In this document: positions 12,479 through 32,450 of the stretch, one piece after another
Layout: every line of letters starts with the position of its first letter
How positions within the stretch are numbered: position 1 is the stretch's first letter
DNA from: Chrysomallon squamiferum
Taxonomy: Eukaryota > Animalia > Mollusca
NCBI GenBank assembly: GCA_012295275.1
Contig: CM022665.1
Location: forward strand, 9,548,001 to 9,612,000
DNA: 64,000 nt
Direction: 5' to 3'
The notes under the pieces: generated by a model
Told to the model about the DNA's origin: nothing
Databases searched by the model: none
What the model saw: the letters and a program-made list of their open reading frames with translations, nothing else
Translations under genes and position numbers: made by a program

Positions 12479-15400
12479 TTAAATCTTTATAATATGCAAC
12501 AATGGCAGCAGTAAGATCAACATTGCAACATCAACATGTGTTTGCGATGCATCATCACTTTGAGCCTTGGCTGCCATATGTTCCATTAGCACTTTTGTTT
12601 CAGGTACTTCTTTCTGTGGACAAAGGCCTGCAAGAAATATTTTAACTTTTAAACTATATTCACAAATATGTGGATGCAACCAGTTACTAGTATTTATTTA
12701 CACTATCTCTCTCTCTCTTAAATGTAACATAATAATGAAATAACTAAATTAATAATTATGTATTAAAATCCCAGTAAGTCATTGGAATTACTTTTTTTAA
12801 TTGAAATAAATGACAAAAGAATAATAATTAAAAAAACACTGATTAAAATAACTAAGTCTTACTCATATCTTTATTAGGTAGTCAGTATTGTTTAATATCA
12901 TTAATGGATATTTTTCTCTCTGCATTAATGTGAAAATCTGCCCTTACTACTTTGTAATATTTAGAAACCTTTTCATTACAAAAAAACCAAAATAAAACAA
13001 AATCAAATAAACATTAAAAAGAAAAGTACGTTCTATTGTAAGATATTCATAATAGTCATAACTTCATGAGTGCATCACTGATTTTCTAGAATTCTAGCTT
13101 TCAAAATCTTTCCAGATCAAAAGAGATATAATAGTATTTCAACAATATGCCTCAGAGCAAACTAAAGATTTATCTCCCCTGTCTGTAAAGCATCATCTTA
13201 AATTACATATTAAATATAAATTAAACTATTAAATGAAATATTTTGGTATTGATGGTACTAGTTTATCAGTAGAGGCTGCATGAGTAAAATCAGATTATTA
13301 ATTAAAAGCATAGTAAAATGTAAATAAAATTTCAAGGTTGTGATTTTTTTCTATTCTAAAAGAGGTTCCAGATACATTATTTTTAGAAGTAGGATTAGAT
13401 TAAAGTAGCAGACATCATGTTATTTCTTTAGGTTAAATATGGAAATAAACGTAAAATATGCACACATGAAATTGTTGACGGGAATGAGAACTTGTCTAAA
13501 TGATTTTGGCATCACCAAAAAAAACATACCAAAACAAAATAAATAAATAAAATAAAATAAAATAAATAAAAGAATAAAAATAAATAAAACAAACAAGCAT
13601 TGTGATTCATGTAGCTATGGAGAGGCAAGAAGCTGGAGGAGGAGTCCACAAAAGATGGAGATGAATTGACTTCCAAGTTAGTTTGAAAACACTGAGATTA
13701 AGAAGTTTACTAAAGAGTTTCTTACCTAGTTTCCATTCTGTGGGAAGAAATACTCCCAGACTAATTTGACTGGCAGTGACAGTATTAGGAAAGGTGAAAG
13801 AAGCCATCAAAGTACCATCTGCAGTTGGATCACACCCTGATCCAACCAGTATTTTGCGATTTATTATTTTGATCCAGAAGTATTTAAATACTTTACATTG
13901 TAATCCATTTATTTCCATTTGGGCCTCATAGGTGTCACTCAAAACAGCCTCTACCATATCACACTCAGATTTGCATATCAGAGCATATGGAGGTCCTACA
14001 GCTTTAGATGGGAAATACAGTATGATGTATGGTGAGTTTTCTGATGCATTAAATATGTATTTGTTTTTATGCAGAACCAGTGATGCCTGATAGCAGGTCT
14101 TGACAGAGAACCAGAAAACTTCAATTGGTGTGATCAGATGTCTTGGAACCAGAGAAAATAATGTGTTGTTTACCAAAGGACCTTTTACATGCCTATATTT
14201 TTCTAGATCTGGAAAGAAATACTACAAATTATATACATACACCTACACACTCAAACTCACATACATACACATATACATAAACATATACTTACAAATATAT
14301 ACATTCATACATACAAATACATGCACACATCCACACACACACACACTTCCATTTATTTGGAGACAGACTAATGCAATATAAAATAACTTCATGGTGATTT
14401 ATATAACTTGAATGTATGGAGTGATTGTTGTTTGTTTTTTTATTATTATTATTTTACAATGCTTTTTTTTGTTTGTTTTCTTCTACATTGTTTATATTAG
14501 TTTAAGAAATACTCAATACTTTCCATTTTGTGGCAGCCTTGGACAAGTACCTGAAAAAGTTTTATAATATAAAACAAAAACAGTTGTTATTTGTTAGCTT
14601 TGAAAATTGGTAAAATAACTTAACACTGTGGGGAAAAAAAAAAAAAGAAGAAAAATAAACCGGAAAGAAACACTGAAGTTTTGAGAAATAGTGATAATTT
14701 CACTTTGGATGAAGAAAGAATATCTTTTTTAATAATATGCTTCTATGTCAAACTGAAATTGAATGACACTGACTATATCCATATACCATTAAAATATTTA
14801 AATGATACTGAAAAAGTTAAATTCAGTTTATTTCCAGAAATAAAGTAATACTTTATTTTTCATTTAAAAAAATAAATAAAATGAAAAATTAAATTACTTT
14901 CATTATGACTAGATGCATAAAAAGTGTTTTGCTTACCAAATTTCCACTCAACAAAAGTACCAACAAGCAAACTGACGTAAGATACAAGAACCTCACTTGG
15001 ATAAACTGTCTCAAACATAATGGTATCTTCATTGTAGGGATTACACCCTGATCCAACAACGGTTTTAAATCTTTCTATTTTCAACCAGTACTCCCTAAAA
15101 TCTGCTTTACATTCATAACCCATTTGAAAGGTTTGCTTTTCGGTCATCTCTGTTAGGTTATTCTTCACAAATGCACAATCTGGTGTACACTGCATGGCCT
15201 TTCTTGGCATGTTGCCAAAACGAGGCATAAAGATTGCAACATATCGAGGATCTTTTTCTGGCATTACTTCATAAGGATGCACTCTTATGGATGCAACACC
15301 ACAGCCTTTCAGACTGAATCGCAGTAATGTAACAGGCCATGATGCTATGCCCTCTGATACCAAATGATATGATTCTTTTGAGGAAACTGGACCGACGACT

Positions 15401-16244
15401 GACATTTTGGTTTCCGTACCTTTGGAAGAAGAATAAAATAAAATGAAATGATATGAAAAAAAATTAAACTTGTGTTATCTTTATTTCTCCTCGCTGTACA
15501 AGTAATAATGGAATCTACACGTTCTAATGACAGAAAAACACATTTGTTTCATTTCTATCCCATTGTTAAACAGGGTCTGGATTTTTCTGCCCTTATGTAA
15601 TCTACCATATTCCTTTACCCAACTGGTCTTCTTCTTGTTTTAAAACAGTTTCAATACATCCATAGTATACTGAATGTTGTGTAGAATGTCTGGTCTGAAG
15701 ATTGTTAATAATTGTATGTCTCTAGCATCTAATTAACATTACAAGATGACTGAAAAATAAAATCTCTCATGATATGCCCTTTAATACTATGAAAGTAAAA
15801 AATTTTAAATATCACACCTAGCATTCTTTTATTATTCTGCTTTGCAAATGAATTGGAGTGATTCAGTCTGCACATAAAAAATTAAATAAATCTTTAACTC
15901 TATTGTGGAAATTACTGAAAGAAGAGAGGAGCTATGCTAAGAGGTCAACAAAACAATGCTTTGTTTCTTGAAGTCACTTATGTTATTCATTTTGGTAATT
16001 TATTATATTTATAAACTGCAAAGCAAATAAACAAGTACCTAATTTATTTTAATCCACATAATAAAATGACTGAACAGAAGACAGTTAATAAACCTATGAT
16101 TTAGACTTAAGTATATTAATCATTTTAATACTTGCTCTTACTTTTCTTTCCTTCTTTTTATTACAAGTACATACACATTGTATAATATACTTTGCATTTG
16201 TCTATGTATGTATGTATGTATGTATGTATCTATGCACAAACACA

Positions 16245-16281
<37 letters not shown>

Positions 16282-18195
16282 CTTGAGTTGCCATTTTTTT
16301 TTAAAATCTGGAATGCAGCAGTTGCATTTTCCTGCAAGTAAACTGGCAAGGTAAACAATAAAGATATTATCTATCAGCACAGATCTGTGGAAAATAACAG
16401 CGTCAGTTACGATACCACACATTTCAACTGTGCATTATGACATGGGGCCTGTCATAACTGTGAAATTTCACACAGTTCCAATCGTGGAACTATTTTTTTT
16501 TAATTTTAGTTTTAAAATTATTATTTTTTATAGATGGACCTTGGAAGACAATGGGAGGCTGCATATGCATCCTTCATGCCTGCACTATGTAAGGGCTTTA
16601 TATACATATGTGACAAGTATTACTTACGGTACATGATACATAAAATATTTCATAAACTGTCTCACCTTTAGGCCAGAACAGTGGTAGTGGTTCCTCACAC
16701 TCATCTGAAAGTGTAAAATAAAAATATTTTTACTCATGTGACAAACTATTAATATTTAAAATCAAAGATGACTATCAAAAGAATATAAACATAATTCATC
16801 TTTAATAATAATAATAATAATAATATTAATAATAATAATAATAATCATTATTGTAATAATGACACACACAAAAATTAAAATAACATGAAGTGTTTAAATC
16901 AAATAAATATTACAGAGACCATTGGCAGAAAAGGTATTTTAAAAGAAAACAAAAATTTAAATGAAAAACATAAGTTTAATTTATTTTTATTTTCTATTTA
17001 TGTGGAATAGAAAAAGGTTTTCTTACCTATTTTCCAGTTGATTTTCTGACTTATACCCAAACTGATGTAGTTTAGTGGTACCGGTTTTGAAAAAGTAAAA
17101 TGAAACAAGATGGTTTTTTGATCGTTTACATCACACCCTGAACCTATAAGTAGCTTACTACGGTCCACGGCCAACCAGTATTTTGTATAATTACCACAAA
17201 CGACTCCCTTACTCGTGTCAACAGATATTGCATCCACAGACTCACAGTTGGGTGAACACTGCAAAGCACTTTTTGGCTTCTTGTTTTTTGTAGGCATAAA
17301 GACGATGAGAAAGTCAGTATTTTTGTTGAATTCATCTTTGTTTGGAATGTGTTTATGACTGTGCAACGTTAATGTTTCTGTTACACAGCCATCTATTGAA
17401 AATCTGAATTTTGTAATAGGCCATGGTGCTTTGCTATCTGGGACTAGATAACTCTCTTCAGGTTTAGGACCTGTGACAATCAGTGGTGCCTCCTCTTGAC
17501 CTTTGGAAGAAAATACAAAGCAAATAAATTGAATTTCCAAAACAATTTGCAAAATCATGTAAAACAATGTTTCCATGGGGGGCAATGACCAATAATTAAT
17601 TTTCAATTTTCCTATAATTTGATCCACTGTGCATTGTAAATCAAAATTCTTTACAGTCTTAGGAAATTGCTGAAAAGGTATAGAGAAAAACGTAGTTAAA
17701 AATAGGAAGTCAAAGAGCTCTGACTCCATAAAGGTTTGGGAACCACTGAACTAAAACAAAACAAGGCAACATAATAAATAGGATATGCTATTTCTTTATA
17801 ATTTCTTATATAGAGGGTCATGATAAAGACCTTGTAATTTAAAAAATGTATAACTTCTGATCTAAGTGTGACAGAACTGATCTGTATAAAAATGCATTTC
17901 GAGAACTTCAGAATTGTATCTTGATTTGTATTCGTATCAACAGTGGTCATGTTGAAAATTAAGGATCTCAACAATAGAAATGTTGATCCCTTTTACAGAT
18001 GAATTCTTTCTTGTATAGATTGGAATTTATAAGAATTTAAAATTACACAAGTCCTTTAATACGGCCATGTATAAATGTATTTTCATTGAAAAACATCATG
18101 TTGCCAGTTGTTCTAGATCAAGGGTCAGCGACCTTTTTGAGAGAGGGGGCCAGACAGCTATGCAGTGTTTTGGAAGAGGACCAAGATATCAAATG

Positions 18196-18234
<39 letters not shown>

Positions 18235-20383
18235 CACAGACACTGATTTATCTCTCTCTCTTTCTCAATTCTGTCTTCAATGTTGAGCACCAAAAAGGGA
18301 TGCTAGGAGACAAGACTGCTTTGGTCTGGAGGTTTAAAGAAAAAACAATGAAGTTGCCAGGCTGGACTAAGTTGCTGACCAGTGTTCTAGATATTTGGAA
18401 CAGGTTGGCCGATTATTAATTTTCCTCAGTAACCAACATTACTATAACATTTATTTATTTATGTGAAACTGATACCGACGTTCTGCCCTTAAGTACATAT
18501 GTACCCTGTCAACATTTAAAATTTATAACAATTGTTTAGTATTTTTCTCTAATAACATATATAACCTACAAACATTGCTTCTTTTTATGACCACAGACTG
18601 CATTTATATTCTGCCAACTGGTCGTTGTAGAGGGATATATATTTCCTAAAACAATTTGTAATAGAAAACTGTAAAACAATGGAAATATGGCGACTGGTTT
18701 TAAAATTCCTAATCTATGATTCAATTGAAAAAAATAAAAAAAATCACAAAAATAAAAGTGTCATTGTGGATTTGCTGAATCGGTGGCACATAATAAATAA
18801 CTGGACAACAGATACTTTTTAAAATGTATGTATGAACATCAGTCTGAATCATAAGAACTGCTTTGAGCTAATGCTAGGCCCATGTAAATTAAGTGGATTT
18901 TGGAGTTCGTAATTATGGACATGAATGGAAGAAATTATCAACTCCATTCTAAATTTTTTTTTCTTTCGAAGTTGGTGAAAAACTAATTTTTGCCACAAAA
19001 TATATTTGTAAAATACTCTTAACTAGGCCTTCTGTATTTCTGTTCAGGATATGTTTATAAAACTCAAAACATATGAAAATTATCTTTGTCTTTTTGTCTG
19101 TGTTCATGGAGTGTACCATTACTTTTTTATGATTGCCAAAAATTTAACTTTATCCTGTCAAATGACACTGGCAATTGTCCAATATCTATGTCCAGATGCA
19201 TACGTGTATTGATTCTGAAAATTACCACTGTTGCACACAGTTTCCTTTACATATCCAAAACAATTTGTTTTGATTTCAGTATTTCTGTTCAGGATATGTT
19301 TATAAAACATATGAAAATTATCTTTGTCTTTTTGTCTGTGTTCATGGAGTGTACCATTACTTTTCAAGCAGTCATTCAAATTCGGATGCAGGCACTATTG
19401 ATTCGACGAGCGCCTTCGAGACGCCTTAAATTTTAAACCTGCAACTTGAATAAACAAAAAATAGCTATGTCAACTGGCTTTATTTCGTTAACTTTTATTT
19501 TGCTGTCTCGCGGGCCGGGTGGCAATGTTAATTGGGGACAGTTTGGCGGGCCAGACATTAAACCTTCGCGGGTCGGAGTTTGCCCGCCCCTGATTTAAAG
19601 CGTACTTTTGTTGTGTCAGCTTCCTAATTAATTGTATTTATTATCTTGACAACAAAGGTTTTAACCTTATTGAAATGACCGTCTAGGAATTCAAGACAAT
19701 TATTAAAAACAATTATTTTTTGGTAATAGCAGTATTTTTCAGAAATTTCGAATTCCCTGCCTCCAAATAAATGTTAGGTTAATTTACTATATTTATGTTT
19801 AAAAGCAGAATGACATCAAGTATCAGTTTATTTTGTTCGGGGAATTTCTTATAACAACGTACTTGAAAATTCGAAAACAAAACGAAACACAGAAATACTT
19901 AAAAATCACAGTCATAATGTAATGTTTGGGGAAAAAAAAAAAAGTATTAAAAATTTTAATTTCGGCCGTGGATATTTAACTAGTATTAAATGAAATACCT
20001 TTGTAAACTTTTTACGTATCTTCATCATTTTTAAAAAAAAAAAAAAAAAAATTTATATTTTTATATTTATTTTTATATATATATTTTTTTATTATTATTA
20101 TTTTATTTTATATATATATATATATATATTATTTTTTATTGTTTTTTTCCCATCTGCGATTAAATATCTTTTTATTGCTGTACCTACATTCTTATTTCAC
20201 AATATAAATAATAAAAAATTTAAAAATTCAAAAATCAAAAATGCGTTAATTTCTTGTCGGATAATTCAAGCTTCGATTTTACAATATCAACCAAATGATT
20301 TTGAATCCATACTTACCATTATTTTTAGGGACAGCTGATAGTAGTGTAAAAATAACTATACCAGTGAAGTAAAGTTCATTCAT
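12479..20383 (-). CDS. Secreted, putatively GPI-anchored protein with three tandem Methyltransf_FA (FAMeT)-like domains (~565-575 aa)
   Basis: Exons on -: 20317-20383 (signal peptide MNELYFTGIVIFTLLSAVPKNNG), 17027-17500 (domain 1), 16666-16704 (linker DECEEPLPLFWPK), 14937-15419 (domain 2), 14520-14550 (probable linker GTCPRLPQNG, 1 nt off frame), 13726-14208 (domain 3), 12479-12627 (GLCP...AQSDDAS...VAMLILLLPLLHIIKI*). All domain exons are phase 1-1. Shared motifs FS(V/I/L)xxC, (Y/F)W(L/I)xI, GSGC and WKxG resemble FAMeT-like domains. Confidence 0.8.
16204..16278. repeat. (TATG)n plus (CA)n microsatellite
   Basis: Direct inspection. Confidence 0.85.
17565..17748. mobile_element. Possible hAT (Charlie-type) MITE remnant
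   Basis: Right end 'aggtttgggaaccactg' is the reverse complement of CAGTGGTTCCCAAACCT. Left end is 'caatgtttcca'. Flanks atgtaaaa/aactaaaa match only partly. Confidence 0.4.
18119..18384. mobile_element. hAT-superfamily MITE with a perfect 8-bp target-site duplication
   Basis: Imperfect TIRs 'caagggtcagcgac' / 'gttgctgaccagtg' are flanked on both sides by TTCTAGAT (18111-18118 and 18385-18392). There is an internal (CA)n tract. Confidence 0.85.
19034..19363. repeat. ~85-bp near-identical direct repeat (19034-19125 and 19279-19363)
   Basis: 'gtatttctgttcaggatatgtttataaaac...atatgaaaattatctttgtctttttgtctgtgttcatggagtgtaccattactttt' occurs twice. Confidence 0.9.
19500..19592. mobile_element. 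GC-rich hAT-like terminal fragment
   Basis: 'cgggccgg...gcgggccag...cgcgggtcggagtttgcccgcccctg' is typical of hAT subterminal/terminal sequence. I did not find the other end. Confidence 0.45.
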
Positions 20384-20448
20384 TATTGCAGGTCATTTGG
20401 ACATTGTGTTTAACTAACAATCCTTGTGTCAAAATTAAACTCCGTTAA

Positions 20449-20510
20449 TTATATATGACGTCACAGCTATTTAGTTTTCCCTCAAGTGCTGTAACGACCA
20501 ACTGCGTCAC
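20449..20510 (-). promoter_or_regulatory. Putative core promoter of the FAMeT-like gene: TATA box with an adjacent full CRE
   Basis: Minus-strand TATATAA at 20449-20455, about 66 nt upstream of the ATG, abuts palindromic TGACGTCA (20456-20463). A further CGTCA half-site lies at about 20505. Confidence 0.5.
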
Positions 20511-21210
20511 GGATTCATTAAACAAAATTTAAACTAAGTCGCATGTCAGATACTCGTACTCGACCCACTGTATTTGACATACAATATTTAAACTTGTATG
20601 GTTCCATAGAACTGTAAATAGGTATTCCAAAACGCCTCTATTTTTACTGAACGCATGATTTATTCTGTTTTCAAGTCCTGTCTGAATAAAAACTGTACAA
20701 ATGGAAAATTTAAAGTCTTATCTTTTTGTTTATTGCACTAACGTTACCTTGTATTATGAAAAAAAAAAAAAAATAATAAAAAAAAAATAATAATAATAAT
20801 AATCGGTAGCGGTCATCTCGTTATACCTGCTTTTTACGCTCATGGGGTTAGTTCTACGAGCTTTCTCCATATAAACAGTCTCAACCAAACAAAAATTCAA
20901 TATCTTAGCTTCATTTTTTTTTTGTCCAGAATAAAAGATTTTGCCACTCGAAAGCGGAAGAAAAAAAAAAAAAAAAAAAAAAATCTGCTGGGTCTCTTGC
21001 AGACCCCTTTCAAAAATATATCACTGTAAAAAGCAATATTTTGTTTTTTAAAAAGCTGTGGAACTGCAGCTGAAAGCAACCATACAACCTGTTGCTCGAC
21101 CTGAGAGAGGCGTCATTTCTTTTGCCGAAAATTTATAAAGGCTTTGAGCAGTTCATTTGTGATGCCCCCCCCTAAAAAATAAAATAAAAAAATAAAAATA
21201 ATAATCAACG

Positions 21211-21220
21211 GTCACGTGAC
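21211..21220. promoter_or_regulatory. Perfect palindromic E-box GTCACGTGAC (CLEAR/USF/MiT-TFE type)
   Basis: Exact 10-bp palindrome about 830 bp upstream of the FAMeT-like ATG, in otherwise CpG-poor DNA. Confidence 0.35.
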
Positions 21221-23510
21221 TTGTTTCTGTTATGATCTAAAAAAAATATTGGATGAATAGTATGTAGTATGACATGTTATGAAATAAACTTAGTCACAGA
21301 CAATCACGTTTCAGAACAGACCTTCAAAATCTGTTGTGTGCAAATAGTACCAACAAATTAAATATTAAAACATTCATACTGTGGAACTATTTGACTGACA
21401 ACTTTGAATGTTTTATCACTGAAATCAGGAAAAAAAAAAAAAATAATAATAAAATAAAATAAAACAATAGATAAAAAAAATCTACGATTATAGTTAGGAG
21501 TCAACCTTGTATTTTCCAAAATGTAAATCACTTTTGAGCACCTATTCTAAAATTGTTACTTACAGTTAAAAAGATAAATGTATTATGGACCGAGTGCAGG
21601 ATGATGAAAATAATAAATTAGCATATAAAAATAAATAACAACATAGAAAATGGTTTTATAATATTCAACTACATAATTTATCTGGAGTTAACAAAATTTG
21701 TATTGATTTTATATTTATGTATGAATGAGAAAAATATACAAAAACAAATACAAAAACAAAGAAAAATGTATATATGTTTTTTTTAAACTAACTCGACTTA
21801 AAATCTTGCATCAAGATATATATATATATATAGATAAATAGATTATATATATATATATATATATATATAAAGAAGAAAAAAAAAAGGTTAATTGTGAATT
21901 TATTTCTATTACACTTAAATAAATAAAAAATTGAAAAAACCCCAACACATTACTTGTTTATGTAGTAAATATTTCTTGAAACTTTGTTGATTTCTAGTAA
22001 CACAGACTTTAATTATATTCACTTGAATATGCATACTTTAACATAAGCAGGATATAATAAATATTCTATTTGTAAGAGGTGAGCAGTAGGCCACGGTTTA
22101 CCATGAAAGAGTGAGGAGTGATAGTTTGCCAGATTATTACTTCTCAAATGTGACTACTGGACGTAGCTGACATCAATTTAATTAACAGCTTATTAGTTAT
22201 GCAATTGATATGGCATAAAAACTAAACTGGAATTCCATTGTTTTTATCACATGTACTAATATATAATTTAGCATAATTTAGTATACAAAGGTAACATATA
22301 ACTGAAGTTCTTGTCTTGAAATGGTGGAGGGAATTAAAATAAATAAATAAACAAATAATAATAAAAGAATATGAATTTTTAGTTGTATCTTTAGTTTGTT
22401 CCCATAAAAAAACAGCTTGCTGAAATGAACTTTATTGGTACATTAATTGTAACAAACAAATATACAACTGACGGCCAAGTCTACTTAAAATACTTCAGTT
22501 ATTAATCAATTTTGCAATCGGCCTGGTTATTAAAAAATAATTATTAGAGCAAAACAGCTGATGAGACTGTATGTGAACTAACATTGTTCCATCATTCAAG
22601 GAAATAACACAATTAAAGGGAAGATCTGTGTCATACATCATAAGAGAAGAGAAATGCAGTGAGCTTGTTGGCTGTTTGTATCACTAAAAATAATAATTAA
22701 TAAAATATACCTGTAATGAGATGAAATAATAATAATAATAACAATAATCTAATTCATAGGTCGTTTTTCTGTACAAGAACTAAAATAAACTTGCTAAACA
22801 AAAAACAAAAAAGCATATATAATCCACCAAGCATTTAATAAAATTAAAGTAAAAGAATAATAATAATCAGTTAATAAATATTACACAGTTTAATTCTGCA
22901 CAATTTTATATATTTTTCTGTCAGTTCTCACAAGTGACTGAACAAAAAACACATTAATTTTTTTAAATATAATAGCCATTTTATTTGAATGTTAAGATAT
23001 GTTTATCTGATTATAGCTTTAAGCCAAATATACAACAGTGATTTTCTGGCAAACTGATCCATTTTATTTTATTTTATTTATTTTTATTTATATCATTATT
23101 TAATTTAATTTAATTTGTTAAAATTTTAATTTTTTTATTTATTTTTTACTTATTTTTTGTTTTGTTTTTATTTATGCATACATTTAATAATTTTACATTG
23201 AAATGATGCAAAAATGTCTACATCAACCCACTTTGCTCAGGACAAGGAAGATGAATAATAAGTGAGCCAGAGGGGTTTTTTCTTTAATTATTGTACATGA
23301 TCTCAGCTGGTCAATCAAAACTGTTATTCCAGTGCCAGAAAATCATTGACATATCAGGATCATAATAACTGAATGTGTTTAAATCATTAAAAAGTTGTAT
23401 ATAAAGCAGCAAAAAAAATAAATAAAATGATTTCATAGCCACAAGATTTAATGTTAAACATTTTTTTTAAAAATAAAGGTAAAAGAAAAAAGTAAAAAGT
23501 AACTGCTAAT

Positions 23511-23700
23511 ATTAACTGCTGAACAAAACTTTACTTAATATAAGCAAAACAAAAAAGCTGAGTTTAATGTTGAACAAAGTTTTACCTAAAATAAAACAAA
23601 TACTTAAAAAAAATGCAATATTAACTGTTAAGCAAACATTTACGTAAACTGAAACAAATACTAAAACTAAATATATTTAGCTGATCAGCTGTTGAACATA
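23511..23700. repeat. Diverged ~55-bp tandem repeat downstream of the presenilin stop (probable 3'UTR)
   Basis: 'ttaactg.tgaacaaa..tttac.taa..taa..caaa.ac' about 3.5 times. Confidence 0.55.
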
Positions 23701-24409
23701 TGTACATTCTGGAACCATAAAATATATCCCAGATATATTAATATTTAACTGTGCTTTATTTTTGTTTTTGTTGTTGTTATAATGAATACAAACACTGAAG
23801 ACTTAAATGAAAATATAATGTATGTTATAAGGTAATATGCTGAGATATGAGTGTTTCTTAATTTTAATAACATAATAATAATAATAAAAATAAAAATAAT
23901 GACAAAAATAACAATAACAATACAGAGAAATCTTATAAAACAATAAAAGATATAAGTTTAAATAGAAACTTAAATATGAAAACACACATAAAAGATTATA
24001 GCCACTGACTAGCAGCAGTGGGTTTCATCTTTGATGACATCATGATATACAAGTAATAGCTAATAACAATTAACACAAAACAAATGTGTCATTAAATATT
24101 ATTATTTCATTCATGAAGTGGTCATGAATACACCAGACTAGTTAAGAAAGCTACAAGAAATGTACAAACTTACAGAAATTATCTTAGCTGTAATAAAATA
24201 ATACAATTTCTGCCCATGCAATTTTTTTATAATTTTTTATTTGTATTTCAGACATATCTTTAAATTTGTTCCATTGTTGCTTTTTTATCCTTCTGAAGCA
24301 TATTTATAGATCATTCTGCCAAAAATATGCTGAAAAAAAAGTTTCATCAAACAAAGGAATGTATAAAAAAATGTGCCTTCTAAAATATTAGTCTATGTTT
24401 GCTCTTCTT

Positions 24410-31911
<7,502 letters not shown>

Positions 31912-32049
31912 ACAGGATTGTTTGAATCATTAAAAGCTTATGGAAATATTTGAACTTTTATACTGACCAGTGTGGCAGCATTAACAACAGACAGGTATTA
32001 AAATTTAATGTCTGAACTAATCACAACAGGTGAAGGGGTAAATGTCCAA

Positions 32050-32450
32050 GATTTTCAGGATTAAGGAAACTGCAAATCAAAATAGAAAACGGAAACAAAA
32101 GAAGAATGTGTCATAAGAAGTCACGTGCTTCCGTTTTCGTCATTTAATCTTTAAGGTAATTTACGCCAAAAACATTTGCGGGTCCATAATCATTTGGTTT
32201 TCTTTCAATCCAATGAGAAATAAGTTCAACCAAGATCGTTTTTAATTTGTATATTGAGATTCGATTTGTCCTGAGAAAGAATTATAATAACTGGTAAAAG
32301 ACACTAAAACCGGGCAGTATGACCATAACTAGCTGCATTTCAGACCCACAATACCTTGAAATTTGAATACGAATATGACTATCATTCATTCAGTCACTGT
32401 GACTGTTAATATGGAGGCCGTGTTCGACGATGCTATGTATTGTATCAATC
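32050..32450. promoter_or_regulatory. Putative bidirectional promoter between presenilin and ABCC10
   Basis: The genes diverge and local CpG is raised. GTCACGTG E-box at 32120-32127, flanked by ETS-like CGGAA (~32090) and TTCCG (~32129); CCAAT at ~32210. Confidence 0.5.

Noticed and set aside
17501-17729. N-terminal extension of ORF 16998-17729 as a real start
   Set aside because: Intron read-through across a MITE remnant; a good acceptor at 17500 and a signal-peptide exon at 20317-20383 explain the gene better.
19086-19436. 116-aa plus-strand ORF
   Set aside because: Overlaps a local duplication and transposon debris; no recognisable motif.
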